DNA of 64,000 bases from an uncultured Eisenbergiella sp. (GTDB taxonomy: Bacteria; Bacillota; Clostridia; Lachnospirales; Lachnospiraceae), in NCBI GenBank assembly GCA_947626995.1, contig CANQUI010000004.1, forward strand, positions 11,586 to 75,585, in the 5' to 3' direction. How positions within the stretch are numbered: the stretch's first letter is position 1; the number at the start of each line of letters is the position of its first letter. Of the stretch, positions 38,209-48,559 are shown piece by piece. The notes under the pieces are model-generated. The model searched no databases and had not been told where the DNA came from. It saw nothing but the letters and a program-made list of their open reading frames with translations. The position numbers and the translations under genes are program-made.

Positions 38209-38799
38209 ATGAGCAGCAGAATTGAGCAGTTAATCGATGAAATTGAAGAGTACATTGACAGTTGTAAGCGTTCTCCTTTATCCAACAACAAGATTATTGT
38301 CAACAAGGAAGAGATCGACGAGCTTCTTCGGGAACTCCGTCTAAAGACGCCGGAGGAGATCAAACGGTATCAGAAGCTGATCAGCAACCGGGAGGCCATT
38401 TTAAACGAGGCCAGGGAAAAGGCGCAGTCTCTCATTGATGAAGCCACGGAGCACACCACGGAACTGATCAACGAGCATGAGATCATGCAGCAGGCCTATG
38501 CGCAGGCCAACGAGGTGGTGCAGCTTGCGACCCGGCAGGCCCAGGATATTGTGGATAACGCGGCGATAGAAGCCAATGCGATCCGGGATTCCATGCTGCA
38601 GTACGCAGACGACATGATGGCCAATATCGAAAGCATACTGGCCCATGGAATCGAGGTGGCCAATGCCCACTATGGCGCGCTGATTACGGATCTGAGCAAT
38701 CTCAACGAAGTGGTGGCCGCCAACCGGGCGGAGCTTACCGCGCAGAATGAAGCGGCGCAGGAGACCGACGAATCCTCCGGTTCCAAACAGGGAGAATGA
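38209..38799 (+). CDS. Conserved coiled-coil protein (DivIVA / V-ATPase subunit H-like)
   Basis: Helical, charged sequence; usual clostridial neighbour of coaD. Confidence 0.75.
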   Translation: MSSRIEQLIDEIEEYIDSCKRSPLSNNKIIVNKEEIDELLRELRLKTPEEIKRYQKLISNREAILNEAREKAQSLIDEATEHTTELINEHEIMQQAYAQANEVVQLATRQAQDIVDNAAIEANAIRDSMLQYADDMMANIESILAHGIEVANAHYGALITDLSNLNEVVAANRAELTAQNEAAQETDESSGSKQGE

Positions 38800-38851
38800 T
38801 TTCGGCGTTCCTTCTGCTTATCATGACTCCGGTGTTTCTCACCGGAGTTTT

Positions 38852-39772
38852 TTATCGGAAAAGGAACCCGTAATACAGCGCGCTCAGCATGGTCTGTATG
38901 AGTTTGTGTCCCACGTATTCGGAAAGGGACAGATCCGTGTTTTTGATACAGCTGTACGTCTGGGCGATGCAGGACAGGCCGCCAAAGGGCAGCAAAAGAA
39001 AGGCCCAGAACGCCTGCTTTTCGGACAGCCGGGAAAGACCGCTGGTAATCTCCAGCAGAGGGCCTGTCAGCACGGTAAGAAGCGAATCCGGCCCAAACAG
39101 TTTCTGCGGGATCAGATTGAGCAGATTACAGAAGATCATATAGCCGCCCAGGACGGTAATGGCATCCAGAGAGGATTGGATGGAAGCGTTCATCACCGAA
39201 AAAAAGTGCGGCGCGGGCGCATTGGTATGGGACTGCGCCGGTTTTGTTTTGTATGGCAGAAGTCGAAAAAACACGGTATGGCGCAAAAAAATGCCATAGA
39301 GCAGCGGGATGCCGTACATGCCAAAAAGCAGCGAAAACAGGTCGTAGCCGGGGAAAAGGCCGCGCACATAGCCCACAAAATACAGCGGCCCGATGTTATT
39401 GCAAAACGAAAGCAGCAGCGAGGCCTCCCGTCGGGAGATCCGGCCCTGCTCGTAGCTTTGGGCGCATACCCGCGCCCCCATGGGAAACCCGCACAAAAAC
39501 CCGATGACAATGCAGTAAAGGCAGGAGTCCGACAGCGAAAATACAGGGCCAAGCAGAGGGGAAAACAGCCGCGCAAACCCGTCGGACAGCCCCAGGCCGA
39601 TGAGGATGCCGGAGAGGATCATAAACGGCAACAGGGCGGGGATCATTTTGGTAAACCAAAGATTGAGCCCTTCCAGCGCCAGTTTTGCCGCCCGGGCGCT
39701 TTCCGTCAGCATCAGCGCAGTGAGGAGCACAAACATGGCAAGCAGCAGATTTTTTCGTATTTTTTTGCCCAT
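38852..39772 (-). CDS. ylbJ: Sporulation integral membrane protein YlbJ-like (Gate domain)
   Basis: WF..MIPALLPFMILS, GFLCGFPMGA, FCNNIGP, GPLLEITSG, FGGLSCIAQ; start placed at MGKKIRKN. Confidence 0.75.
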   Translation of the reverse strand: MGKKIRKNLLLAMFVLLTALMLTESARAAKLALEGLNLWFTKMIPALLPFMILSGILIGLGLSDGFARLFSPLLGPVFSLSDSCLYCIVIGFLCGFPMGARVCAQSYEQGRISRREASLLLSFCNNIGPLYFVGYVRGLFPGYDLFSLLFGMYGIPLLYGIFLRHTVFFRLLPYKTKPAQSHTNAPAPHFFSVMNASIQSSLDAITVLGGYMIFCNLLNLIPQKLFGPDSLLTVLTGPLLEITSGLSRLSEKQAFWAFLLLPFGGLSCIAQTYSCIKNTDLSLSEYVGHKLIQTMLSALYYGFLFR

Positions 39773-39849
39773 TCTTTCTACCAAAGGTTGCTCAAATATA
39801 GTATACTTAAAAATATGTAAAAACAAACCCATTCATGATAGGAGTCGTT

Positions 39850-40554
39850 TTGGTCAGGCTGGATAAATTCCTGTGCGACGCGGGCGCCGGAACGCGCAGC
39901 GAAGTGAAAAAATACATAAAAAAAGGACGGGTTTGGGTCAACGGCGTCCCCTGTAAAAAACCGGAGTGCAAAATCGAGGAACAGCGCGACGAGGTCCTTT
40001 TGGATCAAAAGCGCCTTTGTGCGCAAAAAAACGTATATTATCTGTTCCACAAGCCGTCCGGCGTCCTCAGCGCTTCCCGGGACGCTTCTCAGAAAACGGT
40101 GTTGGATTTTTTAAAGGACGCGCCCGGAAAACATCTTTTCCCGGTGGGAAGACTGGACAAGGATACGGAAGGCCTTCTTTTGCTTACCAACGACGGGGCT
40201 TTGGCGCATCGCCTGCTTTCCCCCGCGCGGCATGTGGAAAAGACCTATCTGGTCCATACGGACGTGCCGGTGACGCAGCAGATGCGTCTTCGGCTGGAAG
40301 AGGGCGTGGACATCGGCGACAAAAAGCGGACCCTGCCGGCCCGTACCAAGCCGCTTTCCGGGAAGGACAACGGATTGTATCTGACGCTCACAGAGGGCCG
40401 GTTTCATCAGGTAAAACGGATGCTTTTTGCGGTAGGCGCCCGGGTGACCTATTTAAAACGGGTGTCCATGGGGCCCCTTATCCTGGAGGATTCCCTGAAA
40501 AAGGGAAGCTGGAGGGAACTGACAGAGCAGGAAAAGAAGGAATTGGGGATCTGA
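39850..40554 (+). CDS. RsuA-family pseudouridine synthase
   Basis: S4 domain RLDKFL, FHKPSG, PVGRLDKDTEGLLLLTNDG, EGRFHQVKRM. Confidence 0.93.
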   Translation: MVRLDKFLCDAGAGTRSEVKKYIKKGRVWVNGVPCKKPECKIEEQRDEVLLDQKRLCAQKNVYYLFHKPSGVLSASRDASQKTVLDFLKDAPGKHLFPVGRLDKDTEGLLLLTNDGALAHRLLSPARHVEKTYLVHTDVPVTQQMRLRLEEGVDIGDKKRTLPARTKPLSGKDNGLYLTLTEGRFHQVKRMLFAVGARVTYLKRVSMGPLILEDSLKKGSWRELTEQEKKELGI

Positions 40555-40555
40555 A

Positions 40556-41206
40556 ATGTTAAAGGAAACGGACGCGGTCATTTTTGATCTGGACGGAACG
40601 CTGGTGGATTCCATGTGGATCTGGTACGATATTGACGTGGCGTATCTGGGCCGGTACGGCCTTACAGTCCCTGCGGATCTGCAGCAAAAGATCGAAGGAT
40701 TGGGATTTTCCGAAACGGCGCGCTATTTTAAAGAACGGTTTTTGCTGCCGGATTCCATAGAGCAGATCAAAGCGGCGTGGAATGAAATGGCGTGGGAAAA
40801 ATACATGCGGCAGGTGCCGTTAAAGCCCGGCGTAGCCGGATTTTTGAAACGGTGCAAGGACAGGGGAATCCAAATGGGGATCGCGACCAGCAATTCCCGG
40901 CAGCTGGTGGAGCAGATTCTGGCGGTGCACCGGTTGGAAGATTATTTTTCCAGTGTGATAACGGCCTGCGACGTGGGGCGGGGAAAGCCCGCGCCGGATA
41001 TTTATCTGGCGGTGGCGCGGCAGCTTCAGGTAGAGAACCGACGGTGTCTCGTATTTGAAGACGTGGTAGCCGGCATTTTATCCGGAAAGGCGGCGGGCAT
41101 GCGGGTGTGCGCCGTGGAAGATGCCGCCTCGCTTATGCAGACGCCGGAAAAAAAGCGGCTGGCGGATTATTATATCCGGGATTTTATCGAGCTGGCACAG
41201 GAATGA
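40556..41206 (+). CDS. HAD-family phosphatase
   Basis: IFDLDGTLVDS, IATSN, GKPAPDIY, VFEDVVAG. Confidence 0.92.
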   Translation: MLKETDAVIFDLDGTLVDSMWIWYDIDVAYLGRYGLTVPADLQQKIEGLGFSETARYFKERFLLPDSIEQIKAAWNEMAWEKYMRQVPLKPGVAGFLKRCKDRGIQMGIATSNSRQLVEQILAVHRLEDYFSSVITACDVGRGKPAPDIYLAVARQLQVENRRCLVFEDVVAGILSGKAAGMRVCAVEDAASLMQTPEKKRLADYYIRDFIELAQE

Positions 41207-41216
41207 GGGAAAAGCG

Positions 41217-43109
41217 TTGGGTTCTTTTTTGCCGATTACGGTGGAAGAAATGAAGGAGCGGGGCTGGGACAGGCCGGATTTTGTTTATGTTACGGGGGAC
41301 GCCTATGTGGATCATCCGTCCTTTGGAACCGCGATCATCAGCCGGGTGCTGGAAAGCCGCGGCTATAAGGTCTGTATCCTGTCGCAGCCGGACTGGAAGC
41401 AGGCGCAAAGCGTGGCCCTTTTCGGCCGTCCGCGGCTGGGGTTCCTTGTTTCTTCCGGCAATATGGATTCCATGGTGAATCATTATTATGTTTCCAAAAA
41501 GAGAAGGCCCACCGACGCCTATACGCCGGGTGGCGTGACCGGAAAGCGGCCGGACCGCGCCGTGATCGTATACGGCAATCTGATCCGTCGGGTTTATCCC
41601 GATGTGCCGGTCATCCTGGGCGGAATCGAGGCCAGTCTGCGCCGTCTGGCGCATTACGACTATTGGAGCGATTCCTTTCGCCATTCGATTCTGCAGGACA
41701 GCCAGGCCGACCTGATCTCATACGGTATGGGGGAAAAATCCATCGTTGCCATTGCCGACGCGCTGGATGCCGGGATCCCGGTAAAGGAGATTACCTTCGT
41801 TCCCGGCACCGTGTACCGCACGAAGGATCCGGACCGCGTTTACCAGGGCCTGCGCCTGCCCTCCTACAGAGAGATGAAAGAGGATCCGGCCCTGTACGCC
41901 AAAAGCTTTCAAATCCAATATGAGAATACGGACCCGATTCAGGGCAAACCGCTTTTGGAGGAGTATGAAAACGGCTGGTACGTGGTACAAAACCCGCCTT
42001 CGCCGCCGCTTACCACAGAGGAGATGGATCAGATCTACGGTCTTTCCTATACGCGCAAAAGCCACCCTTCCTATGAATCTGCGGGAAGCGTTCCGGCTGT
42101 TTCGGAGATCCGGTTTTCCCTTACCAGCAATCGGGGCTGCTTTGGCGGCTGCTGTTTTTGCTCGCTGACCTTTCATCAGGGACGTACCGTCCAGGTACGA
42201 AGCCATGAAAGCATCCTGGAGGAAGCGCGTTGCCTCATTGGCGAACCTGATTTTAAGGGATATCTTCACGACGTGGGAGGCCCTACGGCGAATTTCCGCC
42301 ATCCCTCCTGTCAAAAGCAGCTGACCCGGGGCGTCTGTAAAAACAGACAGTGTCTTTTTCCCACGCTCTGTCCGAACCTGGATACGGATCATGAAGATTA
42401 TATTAGCCTGCTCAAAAAGCTGCGTTCCCTGCCCGGGGTGAAAAAGGTATTCATCCGCTCCGGGATCCGTTTCGATTATCTTCTGGCGGAGGGAAACGAT
42501 CATTTTTTAAAGGAACTGGTCGCCCATCATATCAGCGGACAGCTCAAGGTGGCGCCGGAGCATATCAGCGATCCTGTGCTGCGGCGGATGGGAAAGCCGC
42601 CCCATGCGGTATATGAGTCCTTTGTACAAAAATATCGGAGAATGAATGAAAAACTGGGAACCCGACAGTTTCTGGTTCCGTACCTGATGTCGTCTCATCC
42701 GGGCTCCACGTTACAGGATGCGGTGGCGCTGGCGGAGTATCTGCGGGATCTGGGATATATGCCCCAGCAGGTACAGGATTTTTATCCCACCCCCTCCACG
42801 ATGTCCACCGTGATGTACTATACCGGGATCGATCCCCGGGACGGTTCCCGGGTCTATGTCTGCAAAAATCCTCATGAAAAGGCCATGCAGCGGGCGCTGA
42901 TCCAGTATCGCGACCCCAAAAATTACGAGCTGGTGCAGGAGGCGTTACAAAAGGCCGGCCGTCAGGATCTGATCGGTTATGACAGGCATTGTCTGATCCG
43001 GCCCTTTCCGGACAAAAAGCAGGCCGTCTTTTATCAGGACAACCCTACAAAAAAGAGAGCGGGAAGAAAAAAGAAAACCATCCGCAACGTCCATAAAAAG
43101 AAAAGCTGA
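41217..43109 (+). CDS. YgiQ-family radical SAM protein
   Basis: GDAYVDHPSFG, NRGCFGGCCFC (CxxxCxxC), DVGGPTANF, SGIRFDY, KVAPEH, QVQDFYPTP; TTG start inferred. Confidence 0.92.
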   Translation: MGSFLPITVEEMKERGWDRPDFVYVTGDAYVDHPSFGTAIISRVLESRGYKVCILSQPDWKQAQSVALFGRPRLGFLVSSGNMDSMVNHYYVSKKRRPTDAYTPGGVTGKRPDRAVIVYGNLIRRVYPDVPVILGGIEASLRRLAHYDYWSDSFRHSILQDSQADLISYGMGEKSIVAIADALDAGIPVKEITFVPGTVYRTKDPDRVYQGLRLPSYREMKEDPALYAKSFQIQYENTDPIQGKPLLEEYENGWYVVQNPPSPPLTTEEMDQIYGLSYTRKSHPSYESAGSVPAVSEIRFSLTSNRGCFGGCCFCSLTFHQGRTVQVRSHESILEEARCLIGEPDFKGYLHDVGGPTANFRHPSCQKQLTRGVCKNRQCLFPTLCPNLDTDHEDYISLLKKLRSLPGVKKVFIRSGIRFDYLLAEGNDHFLKELVAHHISGQLKVAPEHISDPVLRRMGKPPHAVYESFVQKYRRMNEKLGTRQFLVPYLMSSHPGSTLQDAVALAEYLRDLGYMPQQVQDFYPTPSTMSTVMYYTGIDPRDGSRVYVCKNPHEKAMQRALIQYRDPKNYELVQEALQKAGRQDLIGYDRHCLIRPFPDKKQAVFYQDNPTKKRAGRKKKTIRNVHKKKS

Positions 43110-43124
43110 AAGAAGGAAAAGGAT

Positions 43125-43919
43125 ATGAAGCATATCGTGATCATCACCGGAGCTTCCAGCGGAATCGGCCGGGAATTTGCCCGGCAGATGGATCAGGGAT
43201 TTTCCTCCATTGACGAATTCTGGCTGGTGGCCCGAAGACAAGAACGGCTGGAGGAAATAAAACGGGCCATGCGTCATCGTGTCAGGATCCTGGCGTTTGA
43301 CCTGTCCGAAATGGACTCTCTGGCGCGCTTTTGGGAACTTTTAAACGAAGAAAAGCCTGTGGTGCGGATGCTGATAAACTGCGCCGGATATGGAATGATC
43401 GGCGATTTTGAAAGGATTCCCGTGGTGCCGCAGACGGGGCAGTTGGATGTGAACTGCCGCGCCCTGACCTGGCTGACCCACGCCTGTCTGCCTTATATGC
43501 AAAAGAACAGCCGGATCCTGCAGATGGCCAGCAGCGCGGCGTTTTTACCCCAGCCCGGATTTGCGGTATACGCGGCCTCCAAAGCCTATGTGCTCAGTTT
43601 TTCCCGGGCGCTGGCGCAGGAGCTTTCCTCCAAAAAAATTTATGTGACGGCAGTCTGTCCCGGCCCTGTTTCCACCGCCTTTTTTGATGTGGCAGAGCAG
43701 TACGGGAAAATGATGTCCGTCAAAAAATATACCATGGTCAGCGCGAAACGGGTCGTAAGGGAGGCGCTTTGCGCCAGCTTCAGGCGGAAACGGATGGTCA
43801 TCTGCGGCTTTCCCATGCGGGCCTTTTACTTTGCCACCAGAGTCCTGCCCCAGGGCCCGATGATATTTGCCGCCGGACAGTGGAAAGGGAGATCCCAAAA
43901 TGAAGAATCAAAAGATTAA
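43125..43919 (+). CDS. Short-chain dehydrogenase/reductase
   Basis: ITGASSGIG, NCAG, YAASK, VCPGPV. Confidence 0.92.
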   Translation: MKHIVIITGASSGIGREFARQMDQGFSSIDEFWLVARRQERLEEIKRAMRHRVRILAFDLSEMDSLARFWELLNEEKPVVRMLINCAGYGMIGDFERIPVVPQTGQLDVNCRALTWLTHACLPYMQKNSRILQMASSAAFLPQPGFAVYAASKAYVLSFSRALAQELSSKKIYVTAVCPGPVSTAFFDVAEQYGKMMSVKKYTMVSAKRVVREALCASFRRKRMVICGFPMRAFYFATRVLPQGPMIFAAGQWKGRSQNEESKD

Positions 43920-44475
43920 AAAAGGAGAAGAAGGCTATCTGCGCTGCCAGAAAAAAAAGACCATTTTTCGGACGATCCTCCTGTTTGCCCTGCCGCTTGC
44001 CCTGTATCTGACGGGGCTTATGGTGACCGGAAGCAACCGGAATTTGTTGACCATCGTGGCGGTGCTGGGATGTCTGCCCGCCAGCCGCAGCGCGGTCAAT
44101 ATGATCGTCACCCTGCGCTATCATGGCATCGAAAGCGAGGATGCCCGAAAGATCGCCCGGCATACGGGATCCTGCCTTGCGCTGTCGGAGCTGGTATTCA
44201 CCAGTTATGAGAAGAATTTCGAGATTCATCATATGGCCTATCGCAATCACTGCCTGATCGGCTACACCAAAAACCCAGCCTGCGATCAAAAGGCCTGCGA
44301 AACGCATTTAAAGTCCATGTGCAAAAAAAACGGCCTCACCGGCATCGAGGTCCGGATTTTCGGGGAGCTGCCGGCGTATCTGAACCGGTTGGACGCACTG
44401 GAAAAGGAAAAGGACGAGGAAACGCCGGAAAATGCCCAACGCCTGCGTTCCCTTCTTCTGGCTATCTCCCTGTAG
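43900..44475 (+). CDS. Conserved hypothetical two-TM protein
   Basis: KGEEGY...two hydrophobic helices...NLLTIVAVLGCLPA; operon context. Confidence 0.7.
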   Translation: MKNQKIKKGEEGYLRCQKKKTIFRTILLFALPLALYLTGLMVTGSNRNLLTIVAVLGCLPASRSAVNMIVTLRYHGIESEDARKIARHTGSCLALSELVFTSYEKNFEIHHMAYRNHCLIGYTKNPACDQKACETHLKSMCKKNGLTGIEVRIFGELPAYLNRLDALEKEKDEETPENAQRLRSLLLAISL

Positions 44476-44487
44476 GAGGATCGGTCC

Positions 44488-45495
44488 ATGCAGACTTTGA
44501 TCGTCGGTCCAAACGAAGGCGGCCAGCGCCTGGATAAATACCTGCAAAAATATATGAAGGAAGCGCCTTCCTCGTTTCTCTATAAAATGATGCGGAAAAA
44601 GAACATCGTATTAAACGGAAGGCGATGTGTGGGAAACGAACATCTCCAACCGGGAGACGAAATCCGTTTCTTCCTTTCCGACAAAACGATGGAGCAATTC
44701 CGGACGCCCGCCCTGCAGGAGGAGGCTTTGGCGGAATATGAGACGGCGTTTCGCACAGGAAAAGAGATTGCTATCTTGTATGAGGACGACGCGATTCTTG
44801 CCGTAAACAAACCCGTCGGGATCCTGACGCAGAAGGCGTCAAAAAACGATCTTTCCCTGAACGAGTGGCTTGTGGGATATCTGCTTTGCAAAGGCACGCT
44901 TTCCGGACAGCGCCTTTCCACGTTTAAGCCCTCTGTCTGCAACCGTCTGGACCGCAATACCAGCGGCATCGTCCTGTGCGGCAAAAGCCTGGAAGGGCTG
45001 CAGTTTCTGACGGAACTGATCCGGACCCGGCAGCTGATCAAAAGATACCGGTTCCTTGCCCTGGGCGTCATCGAATCTCCGGCCGTCCTTACCGGCTGGA
45101 TGGTAAAGGATAAAACGGAAAATGTGTCGCGTATTTTTGACACGCCCCTAAAAGACGGCGCAAGGATAGAAACGCACATTCGGCCCCGGGCGTCATACCG
45201 GCTGCCGGACGGCCGGATCGTGACGGATACGGAGGCGGAGCTGATCACCGGAAAAAGCCATCAGATCCGGGCGCAGCTTGCCCATATCGGGCATCCGCTT
45301 CTGGGAGATCCCAAATACGGACAGGGCAATGGGATGCCGGGAGCAAACGCCCAGTTTCTGCACGCCTGGCAGGTGACATTTCCGGCGCGTATGCCGGAAG
45401 GCTGTTCGGGATTTTCCGATCTGGCGGCCCAAACCATCACCGCGCCCTTACCCAAACGATACCGCCGGATCTTGACCGAACGGGTCAAAGAATGA
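44488..45495 (+). CDS. RluA-family pseudouridine synthase
   Basis: GQRLDKYL, NKPVG, CNRLDRNTSG, ITGKSHQIRAQLAHIGHPLLGDPKYG. Confidence 0.93.
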   Translation: MQTLIVGPNEGGQRLDKYLQKYMKEAPSSFLYKMMRKKNIVLNGRRCVGNEHLQPGDEIRFFLSDKTMEQFRTPALQEEALAEYETAFRTGKEIAILYEDDAILAVNKPVGILTQKASKNDLSLNEWLVGYLLCKGTLSGQRLSTFKPSVCNRLDRNTSGIVLCGKSLEGLQFLTELIRTRQLIKRYRFLALGVIESPAVLTGWMVKDKTENVSRIFDTPLKDGARIETHIRPRASYRLPDGRIVTDTEAELITGKSHQIRAQLAHIGHPLLGDPKYGQGNGMPGANAQFLHAWQVTFPARMPEGCSGFSDLAAQTITAPLPKRYRRILTERVKE

Positions 45496-45514
45496 AAAAC
45501 AGAGGATTTTACAA

Positions 45515-46051
45515 ATGGCAACCTGGAATACCAGAGGACTGCGGGGCTCTACGTTGGAGGATCTGATCAACCGCACCAATGAAAAATACCTGGAAAACGG
45601 CCTGGCGCTGATCCAGAAGATCCCGACGCCCATCACGCCGATCCGGATCGATAAGGAACACCGGCATATTACGCTGGCCTATTTCGATCAGAAAAGCACC
45701 GTGGATTATATCGGCGTGGTGCAGGGGATCCCGGTCTGCTTTGACGCCAAGGAATGTGCCCAGGACACCTTCAGCCTGCAGAATATTCACGCGCATCAGG
45801 TGGAATTTATGGGGAATTTTGAAAAGCAGAAGGGCATCGCCTTTTTTCTGATCTATTACTCCAAGCGGGACCTGTTTTATTATCTGCCCTATGAACATCT
45901 GCGTTTTTTCTGGGACAGGGCGCAGGAGGGAGGCCGCAAGTCCTTCCGCTTTGAAGAGCTGAATCCGGAATATTTCCTGCCAAAGAAAAACGGAATTTTG
46001 GTTCCGTTTCTGGACCTGATCCAGAAGGATCTGTCAGAACGCCCGGACTAA
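45515..46051 (+). CDS. recU: Holliday junction resolvase RecU
   Basis: RGSTLEDLINRTN, IQKIPTP, KSTVDYIG, FDAKEC, HQVEF. Confidence 0.93.
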   Translation: MATWNTRGLRGSTLEDLINRTNEKYLENGLALIQKIPTPITPIRIDKEHRHITLAYFDQKSTVDYIGVVQGIPVCFDAKECAQDTFSLQNIHAHQVEFMGNFEKQKGIAFFLIYYSKRDLFYYLPYEHLRFFWDRAQEGGRKSFRFEELNPEYFLPKKNGILVPFLDLIQKDLSERPD

Positions 46052-46069
46052 AAAAGGAGACATGCGCCG

Positions 46070-46579
46070 ATGGAACGGACAAAATGCAGCCTGACCACGC
46101 TGTGTTATCTGGAAAAAGACGGTTCTTATCTGATGATGCACCGGGTCAAAAAGAAAAACGATATCAACAGGGACAAATGGATCGGCGTGGGCGGACATGC
46201 CGAAATGGGGGAAAGCCCGGAGGACTGCCTGCTGCGGGAGGTGTATGAAGAAACCGGACTGACCCTGACCCGTTATCGGTTCCGCGGTCTGGTCACGTTT
46301 GTGCTGGAAGGCGTAGAGACCCAGTATATGTGTCTGTATACCGCCGACGAATGGACCGGTAAGATCACCGGCGACTGTCGGGAAGGGATTCTGGAATGGA
46401 TCCAAAAGACGGCGGTAAACGATCTGCCCCTCTGGAGCGGCGACAGGGTTTTTTTCCGGCTGCTGGACCGACAGGCGCCTTTCTTTTCCCTGAAGCTTTC
46501 CTATCAGGGGGACGAACTGACCGAATGTGTGCTGGATGGTACAAAACTGGACTGGGAACGGTTTCTTTTAGGAAATTGA
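46070..46579 (+). CDS. 8-oxo-dGTP diphosphatase (MutT/MutX-like NUDIX)
   Basis: KWIGVGGHAEMGESPEDCLLREVYEETG, CREGILEWI, LWSGD. Confidence 0.88.
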   Translation: MERTKCSLTTLCYLEKDGSYLMMHRVKKKNDINRDKWIGVGGHAEMGESPEDCLLREVYEETGLTLTRYRFRGLVTFVLEGVETQYMCLYTADEWTGKITGDCREGILEWIQKTAVNDLPLWSGDRVFFRLLDRQAPFFSLKLSYQGDELTECVLDGTKLDWERFLLGN

Positions 46580-46588
46580 CGGCAACGG

Positions 46589-46617
46589 TTGACAGATAAC
46601 CGGATATTGTGTATACT
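46589..46617 (+). promoter_or_regulatory. SigA promoter of the his operon
   Basis: TTGACA - 17 bp - TATACT. Confidence 0.8.
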
Positions 46618-46682
46618 TTGGTAAGTTTTATATGCTACCACGGCAGCGTAATAAAGCAGCGCCGCGGGCAGAGAGGAGTCGT

Positions 46683-47885
46683 ATGGGAAAATCATTGCTC
46701 CATACGCCGGAAGGCGTACGGGACATTTACGGAGAAGAATATGAACGCAAACTGATTATTGAGCGCAGGCTGCACGATACGATCCGGCGATACGGGTATC
46801 AGGACATTCAGACGCCGACCTTTGAATTTTTTGACGTTTACAGCAAACAGATCGGCACGACGCCCTCTGCCCAGCTGTACAAATTTTTTGACAAGGAAGG
46901 CAACACCCTGTCCCTGCGTCCGGATTTTACGCCGTCCTGCGCCCGCTGTGCCGCCAAATATTTCATGGATGAAAAGGGGCCCATCCGTCTGACCTATTCC
47001 GGAAATACCTTCACCAATACCTCCAGTCTTCAGGGGAAGCTAAAGGAGGTGACCCAGATGGGGGCGGAGCTGATGATGGAGCCGTCCGTTTTGGCCGACG
47101 CGGAAATGATCGCCATGGTCATCGACGCGCTGCAAAGCTGCGGCCTGTCCGATTTTCAGATTACCATCGGAGAGGTGGAGTATTTTAAGGGCATCTGCCA
47201 TCAGGCAGGGATAGAAGACGACGTGGAACTGCGTCTGCGGGATTTTATTTCCGCGAAAAACTACTTCGGCGTGCAGGAGCTTTTGGAGCAGTGCGGCGTG
47301 GATGGCAATCAGGCCCGGATTTTACTGCGGCTTTCGGATACCGTGATGGGAAAAAGCGACCTGGGGGAGGCCAAAAAAGCCGTCTCCAACCGGCGTTCCC
47401 TGCAGGCCATTGAGCGCCTGGAGGCGCTGTATGCCGTATTAAAGGAATATGGCGTGGAAAAATACGTCACCTTCGATCTGGGCCTTTTGAGCAAATATCA
47501 TTACTATACCGGCGTGATCTTCAAAGGATATACCTATGGCGTCGGGGACGCCATCGTGACGGGCGGCCGTTACGATACGCTGTTGTCCTGTTTTGGCAAG
47601 AGCGCGCCCGCCATCGGGTTTATGGTGGTTGTGGACGATTTGATGGAGGCGCTTGCCAGGCAAAAGCTCCAGCCGGACATCCGATGTGACGGCGTACTGA
47701 TCGCCTACGAAGAAAAAACCTACCTTCGCGCCCTGCAAAAGGCCCAAAAGCTGCGGCAGGACGGGGTGCGCGTGGCGCTGGTCCCGCTTTCGCAAAGCCC
47801 TGACGACTGGAAAACATACGCCAGGGGGCAGCTGATCGAACGGGTGATCCTGATGAAAAAAGAAGGAAACGAGGAGTTTTCATGA
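46683..47885 (+). CDS. hisZ: ATP phosphoribosyltransferase regulatory subunit
   Basis: HTPEGVRD, LRPDFTP, TQMGAEL, YYTGVIF, GGRYD; precedes a short hisG. Confidence 0.93.
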   Translation: MGKSLLHTPEGVRDIYGEEYERKLIIERRLHDTIRRYGYQDIQTPTFEFFDVYSKQIGTTPSAQLYKFFDKEGNTLSLRPDFTPSCARCAAKYFMDEKGPIRLTYSGNTFTNTSSLQGKLKEVTQMGAELMMEPSVLADAEMIAMVIDALQSCGLSDFQITIGEVEYFKGICHQAGIEDDVELRLRDFISAKNYFGVQELLEQCGVDGNQARILLRLSDTVMGKSDLGEAKKAVSNRRSLQAIERLEALYAVLKEYGVEKYVTFDLGLLSKYHYYTGVIFKGYTYGVGDAIVTGGRYDTLLSCFGKSAPAIGFMVVVDDLMEALARQKLQPDIRCDGVLIAYEEKTYLRALQKAQKLRQDGVRVALVPLSQSPDDWKTYARGQLIERVILMKKEGNEEFS

Positions 47886-48559
47886 TCATGAAGGAAAACA
47901 GATATCTGACTTTCGCGCTGACCAAGGGACGGCTGGCAGGCAAAACCCTTTCTTTGCTGGAACAGATCGGCATCGACTGCGAGCAGACAAAGGACCGGGA
48001 TTCGAGAAAACTGGTTTTTGTCAACGAGGCGTTGAAACTGAAATTCTTTCTTGCCAAAGGGCCGGACGTGCCCACATACGTGGAATACGGCGCCGCGGAT
48101 ATCGGCGTGGTGGGAAAGGACGAGCTTTTAGAGCAGGGCCGGCGGGTTTACGAGGTGCTGGATCTGGGTTTCGGACGCTGCAGGATGTGCGTCTGCGGTC
48201 CGGCGGATGCCAAAAAGCTGCTCCGGCATCATGAGATGATCCGGGTGGCCAGCAAATATCCGGTCATCGCCAAGGATTATTTTTACAATAAAAAGCATCA
48301 GACCGTGGACATTATCAAGCTGAACGGTTCGGTGGAGCTTGGGCCCATCGTCGGTCTTTCCGATGTGATCGTGGATATTGTGGAAACCGGCTCGACCCTG
48401 AAGGAAAACGGCCTGGAGGTATTGGAGGAAATCTGTCCTCTTTCCGCCCGCATGATCGTAAACCGCGTCAGTATGCAGATGGAATATGAGAAGATCCAGG
48501 AAATCATCCTGAAACTGCGACATCTGCTGGAGGATCCGAAGGGAGGAGAAGCGATATGA
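47882..48559 (+). CDS. hisG: ATP phosphoribosyltransferase (short form)
   Basis: ALTKGRL, DVPTYVEYGAADIGVVGKD, GSVELGP, DIVETGSTLKENGL. Confidence 0.96.
   Translation: MIMKENRYLTFALTKGRLAGKTLSLLEQIGIDCEQTKDRDSRKLVFVNEALKLKFFLAKGPDVPTYVEYGAADIGVVGKDELLEQGRRVYEVLDLGFGRCRMCVCGPADAKKLLRHHEMIRVASKYPVIAKDYFYNKKHQTVDIIKLNGSVELGPIVGLSDVIVDIVETGSTLKENGLEVLEEICPLSARMIVNRVSMQMEYEKIQEIILKLRHLLEDPKGGEAI

Noticed and set aside
46618-46682. Possible attenuator or HisR operator in the his leader
   Set aside because: The leader is only ~60 nt, with no His-codon leader peptide, T-box, terminator or convincing palindrome.
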